From assembly GCA_951406725.2 (NCBI GenBank), contig OX597836.1, positions 16,306,001 through 16,370,000 on the forward strand: 64,000 nucleotides of DNA, in the 5' to 3' direction. The notes under the pieces are model-generated. The model had not been told where the DNA came from. It saw nothing but the letters and a program-made list of their open reading frames with translations, and made no database searches. Of the stretch, positions 43,425 to 56,694 are shown one piece after another. Positions within the stretch are counted from its first letter, which is position 1. Every line of letters starts with the position of its first letter. A program made the position numbers and the translations under genes. This DNA is from Octopus vulgaris (Eukaryota).

Positions 43425-43470
43425 GACACCTGATGAAGGCTGGAGGGTATATCGGCCGAAACGTTATGTT
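43425..43470 (+). ncRNA. Minimal type I hammerhead motif (canonical core)
   Basis: GACAC CUGAUGA A GGCUG-loop-CGGCC GAAA CG UU AUGUU; palindromic ACGU stem III; stem I pairs at 4 of 5 positions. Confidence 0.6.
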
Positions 43471-43669
43471 AACAACAAACAAGATGAGGACAGATATCCG
43501 TCAAATGTAAATAATGTAAATAATTCCCCATCTCTTAAATATAGAAATGTGTGACCGAAGTGGGATTTGAACTTGGAGCATCCAAAGTCAGAACGATTAT
43601 CGCTAAACGACCGATCCGATGCTCTAGCGACTCTGCCAATCGACTACTTTAACAAAACTGGCGACAATG

Positions 43670-43948
43670 AGGGTTCCAGTTTGCTCGTGAAGTTAATATG
43701 CAAGTGGCTGAGTACTCCACAGACACGCTTACCCTTAACGTAGTTCTCAGTGAGATTCTGCGTTACACAGAATTGGACAAGGTAGACCCATTGAATTACA
43801 GGTACAACTCATTTTTGCCAGCTGAATGAACTGGAGCAACGTGTGATAAAGTGTCTTGCTCAAGGACGCAACGCGTCGCCAGGAATTGAACTCACAACAT
43901 TACGATCGTGAGCCGGATACCCTAACCACTCAGCCACGCGTCTTCACA
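43670..43948 (-). mobile_element. SINE family D (tRNA head plus CORE-like CCTTGAGCAAGACAC); related pieces at about 25730-25870, 31535-31680 and 58770-58910
   Basis: Minus strand reads GCGTGGCTGAGTGGTTAGGG...GAGTTCAATTCCTGG...CCTTGAGCAAGACACTT...CAGCTGGCAAAAATGAG. Its 3' part (GTCTGTGGAGTACTCAGCCACTT) recurs in older copies near 300-500, 8200-8400 and 16150-16320. Confidence 0.75.
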
Positions 43949-44230
43949 CTTTAACAATAGCAGCAACAACAACCTCAAACGAATTTTAAACTCAGCAGAT
44001 TAGTGTAAAGTATGGAAGGTAGAGCACGGCGCTCTACCTTCTCTGGGACAACAACAACGAATGGAATGTCTGGGAAATTCCAGGGAAAAAGTCTTGGAAA
44101 ATGGAGAGAATCTAAAATCGACAATGATTGATAAAGAAAATATGATGGCAGTGGTGGTGGTGGTGATGGTGGTGGTGGTGGTGGTGGAGGCGGCGATAGC
44201 AGCGATGACGATGTAGATGGTTATGGTCCA

Positions 44231-44459
44231 TTTCTTTACTATCCACAAGGGGCTAAACACAGAGAGGACAAACAAGGACAGACAAACGGTTTAAGTCGAT
44301 TACATCGACCCCAGTGCGTAACTGGTACTTAATTTATCGACCCCGAAAGGATGAAAGGCAAAGTCGACCTCGGCGGAATTTGAACTCAGAACGTATCGGC
44401 AGACGAAATACGGCTACGCATTTCGCCCGGCGTGCTAACGTTTCTGCCAGCTCGCCGCC
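44231..44459 (-). mobile_element. SINE family B, full-length (central domain resembling the Meta-SINE domain)
   Basis: Minus strand reads GGCGGCGAGCTGGCAGAAACGTTAGCACGCCGGG...GAGTTCAAATTCCGCCGAGGTCGACTTTGCCTTTCATCCTTTCGGGGTCGATAAATTAAGTACCAG. Many copies in the window. Confidence 0.88.
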
Positions 44460-44944
44460 ATTGCAGATGGTTATGGTAGCGATGTTGGTGATAGCTGTGG
44501 TGGTTGCGGTGGCGGTGGCGTTGGTCTAAAGGATAATTGTTGTTCCCTTATAGGGATGAGGTTCTAACAAGATGTTGGGGTGTTCTAACAGATACGATAC
44601 TTTAATAAGGGTGGTGGCCGAAATGGGGGTGGTGGGGGTGGAAGGAAGGTGGCGGCTTTAATAGATGTGGAGAGGGTTTAAATAGGGTAGCTTTGTCCAA
44701 TAGCAGGAGGAATGGTACTGAACTATAAGATGTAACAGTTGTACCAGGGACGTTGAAGGGATTAGGTCAGGGCCACGAGATAGAAAGGAGGCAAAAATAT
44801 GAGAGCGTTAAATCTACCTTCCTCAGCATACGACTGGTACAGGTTTTGTATAGGATAAAGAGGTGGAGGGGAAGACAACACAGTAAAGTTTGTAGAAGAG
44901 AAAACCAGCGAGGATGTTTGTTCCGTCGGTCAGGTATGGTGGGG

Positions 44945-45093
44945 TGGTTAAGGGGGTTTGCTTGACAACACGGTTTCAGGTTCGCTGCCATTATGCGGCA
45001 CCTTGGGCAAGTGACTTCTACTTTGGTTTCGGACTTACCAATGCCTTGTGAGTGATTCGATAGATGGAAAATGTGTGGAAGCCTGTCGTGCGC

Positions 45094-45132
<39 letters not shown>

Positions 45133-45392
45133 TTTGTGTGTTTGTGTTTGTGTGTGTGTTTGTGTATGTGTGTGTGTGTGTGTCTGTATGTGTGTGTTTG
45201 TCTCCCCCACCACAACTACTTGACAAGCAGCGTAGCTTTCGTTTACGTCCCCGTTACTTAGCGGTTCGGCAAAAAGTGTTCGACAGAATAAGTACCAGAC
45301 CTGGTACTGTGTATCTATGTGTTCAACAATAACCCTTCAAGACAGTGCTCCAGTATGGCCGTATTCCAATGACTGACTGGAACAAGTAAAAA
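44945..45392 (+). mobile_element. Diverged SINE family A-related copy
   Basis: Contains GGCACCTTGGGCAAGTG, internal (TG)n, TTAGCGGTTCGGCAAAA and CTCCAGTATGGCCG. Confidence 0.8.
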
Positions 45393-47040
45393 AAAAAGAC
45401 TAAACAAATATTATAAATAAACAGGTGTGTGCTATTCGTTCCGCTTCTTTGAGCTCCGAGTTCGACCCCAACCGACCTCAACTTCGCCTTTTATCACTCC
45501 GAGGTCGATACAGAAAACACAGCTAAGATCGGTGGGTTAACAAAAATGATTGAGGGTCAGGCAGGATGGCTTGCTTTATTCATCTGTTGCGACTCTTTGT
45601 ATCCTGGGTTCGAATTCCGCCCAGGTACCAATATGCCAGGGTTAATTTCTCGACACAGAAACACCACCCTATCTGCACGCAATTAATCAGCGTGGTGGAG
45701 TAATCAAACGAACATCACTTTATTTTGTTTTTTTTTCTTTTGTCACACAGTCAGAAGGAAAGGATGATGTCCTTGAGGTTTTTCGTGTTTCCTATGGAGG
45801 GAAGGATAGACGGAGGGCTTCCGAGGGAAGAAGTACTGGAAAGAGGGGCAAGAGAGGAAAGTATCCCCAAACAAAGATACATCGACACAAGGCATTGGTG
45901 AACCCGGAGCTAAAGTAGAAGACATCTGCCCAAGGTACCGCGTAGTGGGATTGAACCCAGAACCACGTGGTTACAAAGCCATACCTGCTCGACACAAATG
46001 TTCACCTGTATCTTTCATATTAAGCACACTTTACTTCTTTCCTCTCTCCCCCTCGCCCTAAGACAAATCTATACCAGTTATATACTGTGGTTAACAAGTG
46101 TTTGCAACAGAGTGGAATCTGCTAAAGGCACCCAAGGCCCATCGGGTGGTGCTGTTATACCGGGCGAGGGTATAAGTCTAATGCCCAAGTGGTATGTTGA
46201 GGCTTTCATCCATCTCTGGATCCACAATGATGGAATAGAATGGGATAGAATGTATGTACATATATGGGGAAATGGGAACATCGGTGGCCGAATGGACAGG
46301 GCAAGATACAGAAGACTTGAGATAGGCCGATGGTTGGTTCGCATCCTGCTACAACCACAAAAATTTGTCTCATGTCACCATGATACTCCCAAACTGTCAA
46401 CGGCTGAGTACACCATCTTAGATACTATGATACTCCTTGGCATTCCACAATTACTCTTTGACAATAATAAAATTGATTTCTTTTACACTGTCAACAAAAC
46501 TACGAACTCACAAAACAGGTATTTTAATTCTTAAAAGTGTCCCGAGTATATGACTGGTCCTTTAGAGTTATTGTATGTTTCTTCTTTGGTTTATTAGATA
46601 CATAGTGTATCTAGGATTACACTTTTTAATGTGTCCTTGCATTTTTAAAGACTGTTTGATGACGGAGACAAAAAAAAGATAGCATGATCATATCTCGAAC
46701 AGTTTTGATCATAGGAGGTCGACTCGATTAGGTCTGACCTAGGGCTGAACAACAACATCGATAGCATCCAAAATACACCGTGTTAGAATAGTAGACGGGA
46801 TGGTCACTAACATCTAGAACCCCTTTGATCATACATCTGTTCGATCAAATCAGGCCTAGGGCTAAACAACATCATTAACAAAAAACACACACAAAAAAAT
46901 CAACGCTACAACAAGAACAACAAAACGACTATACTAGTCTCTGCATACACTATGTCTGAATATAAGGCGGGATGGCCACGGCTAGAGCATCTTAATCATA
47001 GGGCAAAATGAGAATGAACATGTGGACATTAATAATAATA

Positions 47041-47240
47041 CTTTCTAATTTTGATACAAGGCCAGCAACAATGGGAAGGGGTTAAGTCGATTACATCGAC
47101 CCCTGTACACGACTGGTACTTATTTTGTCGCTGCAGAAGAATGAAAGGCAAAGTTGACCCCGGCGGAATTTGAACTCAGATCCTAAACAGCTGGATGCCA
47201 CTAAGCATTTTATCCATCGCGCTAACGGTTCAGCCAATCT
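47041..47240 (-). mobile_element. SINE family B copy (another at about 47990-48150)
   Basis: Reverse complement of family B. Confidence 0.8.
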
Positions 47241-47324
47241 AATCATCATAACAACAACAACAACAACAACAACAGCAACAATTGTTTTTAGTAGAGATTC
47301 AAGTTTGGAAGAGAATGTTATTCT

Positions 47325-47980
47325 TTTATTCTTCTATTTGTTTCTGTCATTTGATTGCGGCCATGCTGGGGCACTGCCTAGAAGTCTAGTCCAACAAATC
47401 GACCCCAAGGCTTTTCTTTTTTCTTTTTTTTTTTTTAGCTTATTACTTATTTTATCGTTCGATTTTGCTGAGCCGCTAAGTTACGTGAATGAAAGCACAA
47501 CACCAGCACCAGTTGTCAAGCGGTGGTGGAGAGACAAACACACACACACACACACAAAGAGACACACACACACATAGACATATACATAGATGTATACCAC
47601 GGGATTCTTTACAGTTTCTGTCTACCAAATCCACTCACAAGGTTTTGGTCGGCCCGAGGCTATAGTAGGAGACACTTGCTTAAGGTACCAAGCAGTGGGA
47701 CTGGACTCAGAACCATGTGTGGTTGGGAAGCAAGCTACTTACCACACACCCATGTCTGTGCCTGTGTATAAATATTATGTATAAGCATGTATATACATAT
47801 ATGTGTGTATGTGTTTACATACATATATATACATATATATATACGGCAGGCTTCTTTTCAGTTTCTGTCTATCAAATCCACTCTCAAGGTTTTGGTCGGT
47901 CCGAGACTATAGTAGAAGACACTTGCCCAAATGCCACACAGTGGAATTGAACCTGAAACCACACAGCCACGTCCGTGCCT
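47325..47980 (-). mobile_element. Diverged SINE family A copy plus an extra 5' half
   Basis: Family A motifs at 47325-47762 and again at 47843-47980. Confidence 0.8.
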
Positions 47981-48206
47981 GGTCGATTAAAGTATCGGTA
48001 CTTGATTGGTGTTTTATTTTATCGACCCCGAAACGATAAGAGACAAAGTTTACCTTGATGGTATTTGAACTCGGAACTTGAAGTGCCGTAAACAAAATAC
48101 TGCTAGGTATTTTATCCGACGCACTAACGATTCTGCCAGCTCATCACCCTAACAAACAATAACAATTATTTTTGACACTAACAGAAGACAGCAACAGTTA
48201 AGTAGA

Positions 48207-48390
48207 GGCGCAGTGGCCCAGTGGTTAGGGCAGCGGACTCGCGGTCGCAAGAACGCGATTTCGATTCCCAGACCGGGAATTGTGAGTGTTTATTAAACAA
48301 AAACACCTAAGCTCCACGAGGCTCCGGTGGGAGGTGGTGGTGAACCCCGCTGTACTCTTTCACGACAACTTTCTCTCACTCTTACTTCTG
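48207..48390 (+). mobile_element. SINE family C 5' part
   Basis: GGCGCAGTGGCCCAGTGGTTAGGGCAGCGGACTCGCGG...ACACCTAAGCTCCACGAGG. Confidence 0.82.
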
Positions 48391-48936
48391 TCACAAAGCA
48401 GAGGAACCACGGTGTAACCCCCTATGGTGTGGTAAACTTTCAGACCTTAGTCTAGACTTGCGAATCTTTTGTACCCCAGGATGGTTCAGCTCTCCACCCG
48501 TTAAAAGCCACCGTTTACGGAATGAGGATAACAACGTAGCTTTCGCGCCCGTGCAACCGCCAGTCTATCGCGTGTGGTGGTTGGATCTTCAAGTTGCCAC
48601 ACGCATTCTTAGTAGCTTAGAGTAGGTTCGAATTAGAGATTATTCTTTGTGGCTAATGGCTTGAGTTATGATTGGAAGAAGAAGGAGAAGCAACAGTTAA
48701 TGGACGAAGTACAGTCGTTTAGAGTACCGTCCTCCAAAACATTACTGCTATTTTAGTTTACAGATATACCCCCTTCAACACCACTAATCCTCCTCCCAGG
48801 TGAATTTAGAAAGAAAATAATATTTGCCTGCTCTAAGCGGGATTCGAACTCGGAAATGTATCTTAGTCAGCAAAACAAATAGATGAATACACAAATAAGT
48901 GAATAGAAAGGTAGATAGAAAGAAAGAAAAACTCAC

Positions 48937-49939
48937 CTGAGCAGTGGAACGAGTGAGACATGTCGTTTGTATAGTCAGCCGTGTCATAATGTTCATGTAG
49001 AGTGTGTTTGGCGATAAGGTGCTGTCGAAACAGACGGATCTTCGTTCGCTTCTCCTCCACAGTTTGGTTAATCCGCGAGACGTCGGGCACTTTTCGTAGT
49101 CCCAAGTTCCTGAGAAGGTCGTTCTTGACGGCTTTCAACAAGGCCGGGTCCACTCGCCCTTTGTTGGTGTCCGTGCCAGCAGCTTGTCCTAATTTATCCG
49201 GTAGTTCCATGGAAGAAGCAGAGGCCGCTGGCACGGCAATATTGGTTAGCCGTGGGACATCTATTTTGGTCGCTAGTCTGGCGATGTTTCTGTCTGCTAC
49301 CGCCTCGTCTGTTGGGGGTATTATTTTGCTTTCTGATGTATGCGATGATGATGATGTTGATGTTGGCTTTGTTGTTGATGTTGTTGATGTTGTTATTGTT
49401 GATGATGATGGTGACGACGACAACGAAGATAACGATGATGAAACTGAAGATAACGATGATGTTGATAACGATGATGATTCTGATATTAGTGATGTTGTTG
49501 ATGATGATGATGATGTTGATAGTGGTGATAATGATGATAAGAAAGACGATGAAGTTGATGATGAAAACGATGATGTTGACGATGATGATGATGATGATGA
49601 TGATGACAACGATGATATGAATAACGAAGTCAACGGCGACGATGATAATGAAGATGATGATGATGATGAAGATGAGTTGGTGATGATGCTAGTGTAGTTG
49701 TTGTTGTGTTGGTGTTGGTGTTGGTGCTGGTGTTGGTGGTTGTGTTGGTTATGTTGATGGTGGTGGTGTTGGTGATTGTGTTCGTGGTGATGTTGATGTT
49801 GAGGGTGGTGTTGATGGTGATGGTGGTGGTGGTGGTGGTGGTGGTATTTGGGCGGGAGACAGTTACATGGCCGAGACAGCAGTAGCGCCGCTACTGAACT
49901 AATGAGAACAATACTGAAGGAAGGGTAACAACTTTTCAT
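48937..49939 (-). CDS. First coding exon of a TGF-beta superfamily preproprotein (signal peptide plus prodomain N-terminus; maverick/activin/myostatin-like)
   Basis: ATG at 49939 opens 334 codons. A hydrophobic signal-like segment (MKSCYPSFSIVLISSVAALLLSRPCNC) is followed by His/Gln-rich and Ser/Thr-rich tracts, then LLKAVKNDLLRNLGLRKVPDVSRINQT, which matches the TGF-beta prodomain alpha-1/latency lasso pattern (AVKxxILxxLGLxxxP). The exon ends at a consensus donor TCAG|GTGAGT (GT at 48936-48935, phase 1). Confidence 0.85.
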
Positions 49940-50409
49940 AACTTGATGCCGGCCACTTATGAAATAACACACAGTGTTTCAGCTAAACACGGCTTATCCT
50001 CCTCCTCCACCTCCTCCTCCTCTTCCTCCTTCACCTCTCTTCCTTCTCCTCCTCCTCCTTCACCTCTCTTCCCTTCTTTCTCTTCTTCTGCCTCTTGCTT
50101 CGCCTCTCCTCTTTCCTCTTTCTCTCGCTCTTCCACCTCCAGCTCCTCCTCCTCCTCCTCCTCCCTTTTTCTTTTTTTTTTCTCTCTCCTCCTCTTCTAC
50201 TGCTGCTTCACCCTCCCTCACCCTGCCACCCTGCCACGCTGAACTCGCGCACGCACGCACGCACACATACACATGCGCGCGCGCACTCACGCACGCACGC
50301 ACGCACGCACGCTCTTTTCGTAGACCTCTCTCTCTCTCGCCTTCTCCCTCCCTCTCCAACACTCTGATTTATCTGTCTGACTGTCTGTCTGTGTAACTCT
50401 CTCTCTCTC

Positions 50410-50469
<60 letters not shown>

Positions 50470-51713
50470 AGTCTGTCTATGTATCTATCTCTCGGTCTAT
50501 TTAGCTATTTCAAGTAATATTTATATATCTTCCTTTCAACTTCTCTCTCTCTCTCTCTCTCACTTTCTCTGTCTGTCTGTCTATATATGTATATATATGT
50601 TTGTATGCATGTATGTATGTATGTATGTATGTATGTATGTATGTATGTATGTATGTACGTACGTATAAATCTCTCTGTGTGTGTATAAACAATCTCTCGC
50701 AAACCCTTAACAACCAAATAAATGTCTGTCCGCCTTTTCCGCCTTTTTCCGCCTTTTTCCGCCCGTCTGTCTATCTGTCTGTCTTGTTTTTTTTCTGCCT
50801 TCTGCTCGGATGTAAACAAACTACAGTTGTTGCTCTGCTCCAGCAAGATTGGCCGTGTTACCTTTCCTTGCTTCCTTCCTTGCTTTAACTCTATCTCTCT
50901 TTCTCTGTCTTTCCTTGTCTCTCTCTCTCTCTCTTTCTCTCTGCTTATCAACGTGTTAGTCCGACTAATCTCTCTGTCTGTCTGTCGGACCTGTCCGTTC
51001 TAAACGCTTTTTCCTTTGCTGTTCGCTTCAATCCTGGCTGCCTGTACGTCTGTTTACCTGTTTTGTCTCTCCGCTGTCTATATATACAAATATACACATA
51101 CATGCATCACATACATATATGCTTATCATATACACACACACATATATATATATATATATACATATATATAGAGAGAGAGATAGATAGATATACATACACA
51201 CACTTACGGACAGAAAGGGGAAGAGGGAGAGGCAGAGAGCGAAAAGGAGTGGAAGAGATCAATCGACATATAGACAAATATATACAATAGAAAGACAGAG
51301 AGAGAAAGAGAGAGGGGGAGAGAGAGAGGAAGGGGGGAGGCAGATAGATATATACAGATGGACAGATACATAAAAGAGAGGAGATGGAGGAGAGACAGAG
51401 AGAGACAGAGAGAGAGTAGGAGGCGATAGACATTGTTAAACACACACAGACACACACATACACGTAGACGGACTTGCGCAGCTATCCCATATTGTCATAC
51501 ACACACGCACACACGCACATACACTCATGCACACACACATACATACACACACACATACACACATACACATATACACACACTCTGGAGGCCTGTCTCTGTC
51601 GTTGACTATCCGTTCCTCTTACTCTCACGCTGTGTTTGTGTATGTATGTATGTATGTATGCATGTGTATATATGTGTGTATGTATATGTATATATATATG
51701 GGGTGCGCGTGTG

Positions 51714-51758
<45 letters not shown>

Positions 51759-51819
51759 TTCCGGTGTTATAAATCTGCGGCTATCTCTTCGTATACTTAT
51801 CGGAATCTCTCTATCTACC

Positions 51820-51883
<64 letters not shown>

Positions 51884-52261
51884 CTGTATCTCTCTCTCTC
51901 ACACACACACACACGTGTGTGTGTGTGAGTGTATGTCTGTGTACTTATATATATACACGCATGCATATGTTTACATGTATATGCATATTCTCACGCGCGC
52001 ACACCCATAAATACACTAACACGTAGGTATGTTGTTACATGTTCGTACATGCGGCGTGTTTATGTTCAGATCTATAGTAAGCTTAGACAGGAATTTTACA
52101 CACACACACACACTTAGATAGATAGACAGAGAGAGAGAGAGATAACATATATGTGTGTGTGTGTATATATATATATATATAATATAAATATCATATATAA
52201 ATATACGCATATATACATATATATAGATATGTATACTTGCGTGCGAACATGCGTGTCTGTG

Positions 52262-52296
<35 letters not shown>

Positions 52297-52297
52297 T

Positions 52298-52330
<33 letters not shown>

Positions 52331-52719
52331 GTATGTATGCACACATACACACATGTGCATGTGTGCGTATGTGTTGATTTGTACAGGTATACATATACAC
52401 GTGTATAGCAGGTAAGTTTGGTACAACGTATAGACGCGTGTGCGTGTATCTTTGTTTTGCAACATACATACATACATACATACCTACATACATACATACA
52501 TACATACATACATACATACATACATACATACATACATACATACATACATACATACATACATACATACATAATGTAGTTACATATAACGCACTCACCGTGT
52601 ATGTGTGTTTGAATGTGACTGTGGGTATACAAATATGTGTGTTTGTGAGTGAATTTATAACTGTTTGTGTATATGCGAAATAGCTCATATATGTATATCT
52701 GCAGTTTTGTGCTTATGTA

Positions 52720-52756
<37 letters not shown>

Positions 52757-53115
52757 GTGTGCGTGTGTATGTGCATGTATATATCTATGTATATATATAG
52801 AGAGAGAGAGATACGTGTGTGTTTACATTCAGTTATAGTAAGAAAAAGAAACGATTTTACGTTAATCTTATGGGTTACTCTTTATTTTTGAAGATCTCAA
52901 ATTTACTATTCTCTCAAACGAAGAGTATTGATGCTGACTTCCAAGTTTCGGCCAGCTAAAGGCATCGTCAGATGAAGGCTTATCTAGCCGATACTTCGAG
53001 GTCACTTTCAATAGCATTCATGCTTAAGATGTCTTTATTTGTGCATGTTTGTGTATATGTGTACATGTGAGTGTACATGTGAGTATGTGTATAAACTCAC
53101 ATATACGCACGCACA

Positions 53116-53169
<54 letters not shown>

Positions 53170-53206
53170 TATACATATATCTAAATATATATACATATAC
53201 ATACAA

Positions 53207-53267
<61 letters not shown>

Positions 53268-53269
<2 letters not shown>

Positions 53270-53671
53270 AGTGGCTGTGTGGTAAGTAGCTTGCTAACCA
53301 ACCACATGGTTCCGGGTTCAGTCCCACTGCGTGGCACCTTGGGCAAGTGTCTTCTGCTATAGCCCCGGCTCGACCAATGCCTTGTGAGTGGATTTGGTAG
53401 ACGGAAACTGAAAGAAGCCTGTCGTATATATGTATAAATATATATATGTGTGTGTGTATGTGTTTGTGTGTCTGTGTTTGTCCCCCTAGCATTGCTTGAC
53501 AACCGATGCTGGTGTGTTTACGTCCCCGTCCCTTAGCGGTTCGGCAAAAGAGCCCGATAGAATAAGTGCTGGGCTTACAAAGAATAAGTCCCGGGGTCGA
53601 TTTGCTCGACTAAAGGCGGTGCTCCAGCATGGCCGCAGTCAAATGACTGAAACAAGTAAAAGAGTAAAGAG
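53268..53671 (+). mobile_element. SINE family A copy
   Basis: Closely matches the other family A copies; inserted next to (TA)n. Confidence 0.92.
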
Positions 53672-53731
53672 TATATATACATACATACAAACATACATAC
53701 ATTCATACATGCATACATACTTACATACATA

Positions 53732-53785
<54 letters not shown>

Positions 53786-54275
53786 ATGCGAATGTAAATC
53801 GTATATACATTGTGAATGAATGTGTGTGTGTATGTGTACGTGAGTGTGTGAATATTTGTATCTGTATGTTTGTAGTTTTTGTAAATAATAGTGCATATGT
53901 AATTGTGTGTGTGTGTGTGTGTGTCTGTGTGTGCGTGTGTGTGCATGTGCATGTGTGTGTGCTGGTGTGTGTGCTGGTGTGTGTGTGTGTGTGTGTGTGT
54001 GTGTTAATAGTAAAACTATCCAGCAGTCTATTTCACTACAGACTATATTTCCAGCCTGTTAATCTCTCTCTCTCTCTCTCTCTCTTTCTTCCACCCCTCT
54101 CTTTCTTTCTTTCTCTCTCCTTCTCACTCACTCACTCACTCACTAACTCACTCTTTCACTTTCTTTCTCTCATTCACTCGCACACGCGCATATATATTTA
54201 CACACAAGCTGACAAATATACAGAAATTTCATGCGAATACACATGCAGACATATATGTATATTTATATATATATA

Positions 54276-54494
54276 CTCTTTACTCTTTACTCTTTTACTT
54301 GTTTCAGTCATTTGACTGCGGCCATGCTGGGGCACTGCCTTTAGTCGAGCAACTCGACCCCAGGACTTATTCTTTGTAAGCCCAGTACTTATTCTATCGG
54401 TCTCTTTCGCCGAACCGCTAAGTGACGGGGACATAAACACACCAGCATCGGTTGTCAAGCAATGCTAGGGGGACAAACACAGACACACAAACAT

Positions 54495-54530
<36 letters not shown>

Positions 54531-54715
54531 CTATATATATATATATATATATATATACGACAGGCTTCTTTCAGTTTCCGTCTACCAAATCCACTCACAA
54601 GGCTTTTGTCGGCCCGAGGCTATAGCAGAAGACACTTGTCCAAGATGCCACGCTGTGGGACTGAACCCAGAGCCATGTGGATGGGAAGCAAGCTTCTTAC
54701 CACACAGCCATTCCT
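54276..54715 (-). mobile_element. SINE family A copy
   Basis: Reverse complement of family A with a (TCTTTTAC)n tail. Confidence 0.92.
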
Positions 54716-54718
54716 GTG

Positions 54719-54776
<58 letters not shown>

Positions 54777-54949
54777 TACTTAACCATAAGAATAAACATG
54801 ATGTGTGTGTGTGTATGCATGTGTGTATATATATATTTATACATATATATATATATATACATCGTCTGTTTATGTGTTTCTATGTGTGGGTATGTATATG
54901 TACTTTTTTGTTTCTAAATATAGTAACACATACAATATAAATGATTTTG

Positions 54950-54995
<46 letters not shown>

Positions 54996-55149
54996 ATTAC
55001 TTCACATCGGAAGCTACATATAAACGCACACACAGATACACAAACACACACACTCACACATACACACACTCTCACACAACACACATATACACCTAAATCT
55101 ACCTACCTACATACATACATACATACAGATATATATATTTGTACATGTG

Positions 55150-55208
<59 letters not shown>

Positions 55209-55311
55209 GCACGCACACATTTCAGAAGCAATCATGATGGTCTATTCTGTAAGAGAGGGATCGTTAGATAAGATAGACAGATATGCGTATATGACAATAC
55301 TAGATTTGACC

Positions 55312-55349
<38 letters not shown>

Positions 55350-55353
55350 GGTG

Positions 55354-55387
<34 letters not shown>

Positions 55388-55388
55388 C

Positions 55389-55447
<59 letters not shown>

Positions 55448-55671
55448 CACACATCGTATTGTACTATGTTGTTACATGCTTGCGTGTAGTTTTTTTGCGT
55501 GGTATATCGCTGAAAGTCTGTATACATACTGACAACTTACTGTAGGAATCGTTCATTGAGAAATGGACTATGATAGACATAAAATCTACACTCATATATG
55601 TGTATATATGTATGTATATGTATATACTTGCATATGTAATCACATACGCATTGTCAACGAGTCATTTTGGG

Positions 55672-56084
55672 TGAGTGGCTGTGTGGTAAGTAGCTTGCTA
55701 ACCAACCACATGGTTCCCGGTTCAGTCCCACTGCGTGGCATCTTGGGCAAGTGTCTTCTGTTATAGCCCCCGCGCCGACCAATGCTTTGTGAGTGGATTT
55801 GGTAGACGGAAACTGAAAGAAGCCCTGTATGTATATATGTATATATATGTATATATGTCTGTGTGTGTGTGTGTGTTTGTGTGTCTGTGTTTGTCCCCCT
55901 AGCATTGCTTGACAACCGATGCTGGTGTGTTTACGTCCCCGTCACTTAGCGGTTCGGCAAAAAAGAGACCGATAGAATAAGTACTGTGCTTACAAAGAAT
56001 AAGTCCCGGGGTCGATTTGCTCGACTAAAGGCGGTGCTCCAGCATGACCGCAGTCAAAGGACTGAAACAAGTAAAAGAATAAAA

Positions 56085-56086
<2 letters not shown>
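55672..56086 (+). mobile_element. SINE family A copy
   Basis: Closely matches the other family A copies. Confidence 0.92.
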
Positions 56087-56139
<53 letters not shown>

Positions 56140-56339
56140 GTGTGTTTGTGTGTACACATCTATTTGCATATTTATGTATTTATACTTATATATGTATATA
56201 GTATATGTATCTGTATATACATATAGACATTGGTACCAGTTGTCACACAAATATGTATGCACACACAGAAGCACAGACATTTATATATGTCTATATATAT
56301 TTATATATATACTTTATTTAAAACAGCCAAAAATTCAAC

Positions 56340-56386
56340 AAAACCTGTTACTCTGGGTTTCACGTTCCCGTTCGTCGGACAGTTTT
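56340..56386 (-). ncRNA. Third copy of the CCGACGA hammerhead-like motif
   Basis: Minus strand: AAAACUGU CCGACGA ACG-GGAA-CGU GAAA CCCAGAG UA ACAGGUUUU, in an element of about 90 bp flanked by TA-rich repeats. Confidence 0.55.
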
Positions 56387-56463
56387 TGTGTTTACTCCGA
56401 TGTATTTATATATATATATATATATACATATATTTGTGTGTCTATGTTCGTGTACATATGGAA

Positions 56464-56576
<113 letters not shown>

Positions 56577-56629
56577 CGTGTGTGTGTTTGTATATTAGAC
56601 ACGTTTATAAAAGGGTTCACACACACATG

Positions 56630-56694
<65 letters not shown>

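Noticed and set aside
45998-46534. 178-aa non-repetitive ORF
   Set aside because: No recognisable domain or TGF-beta similarity, and it begins in a SINE remnant; likely a chance ORF in an unclassified repeat.
49002-49697. 231-aa Asp/Val-rich plus-strand ORF (and 49252-49620)
   Set aside because: Antisense shadow of the Ser/Thr-rich TGF-beta exon.
48863-49972. Full 369-aa ORF as a single-exon gene
   Set aside because: It starts at a non-ATG codon and reads through a perfect splice donor into low-complexity intron; the exon is better defined as 49939-48937.
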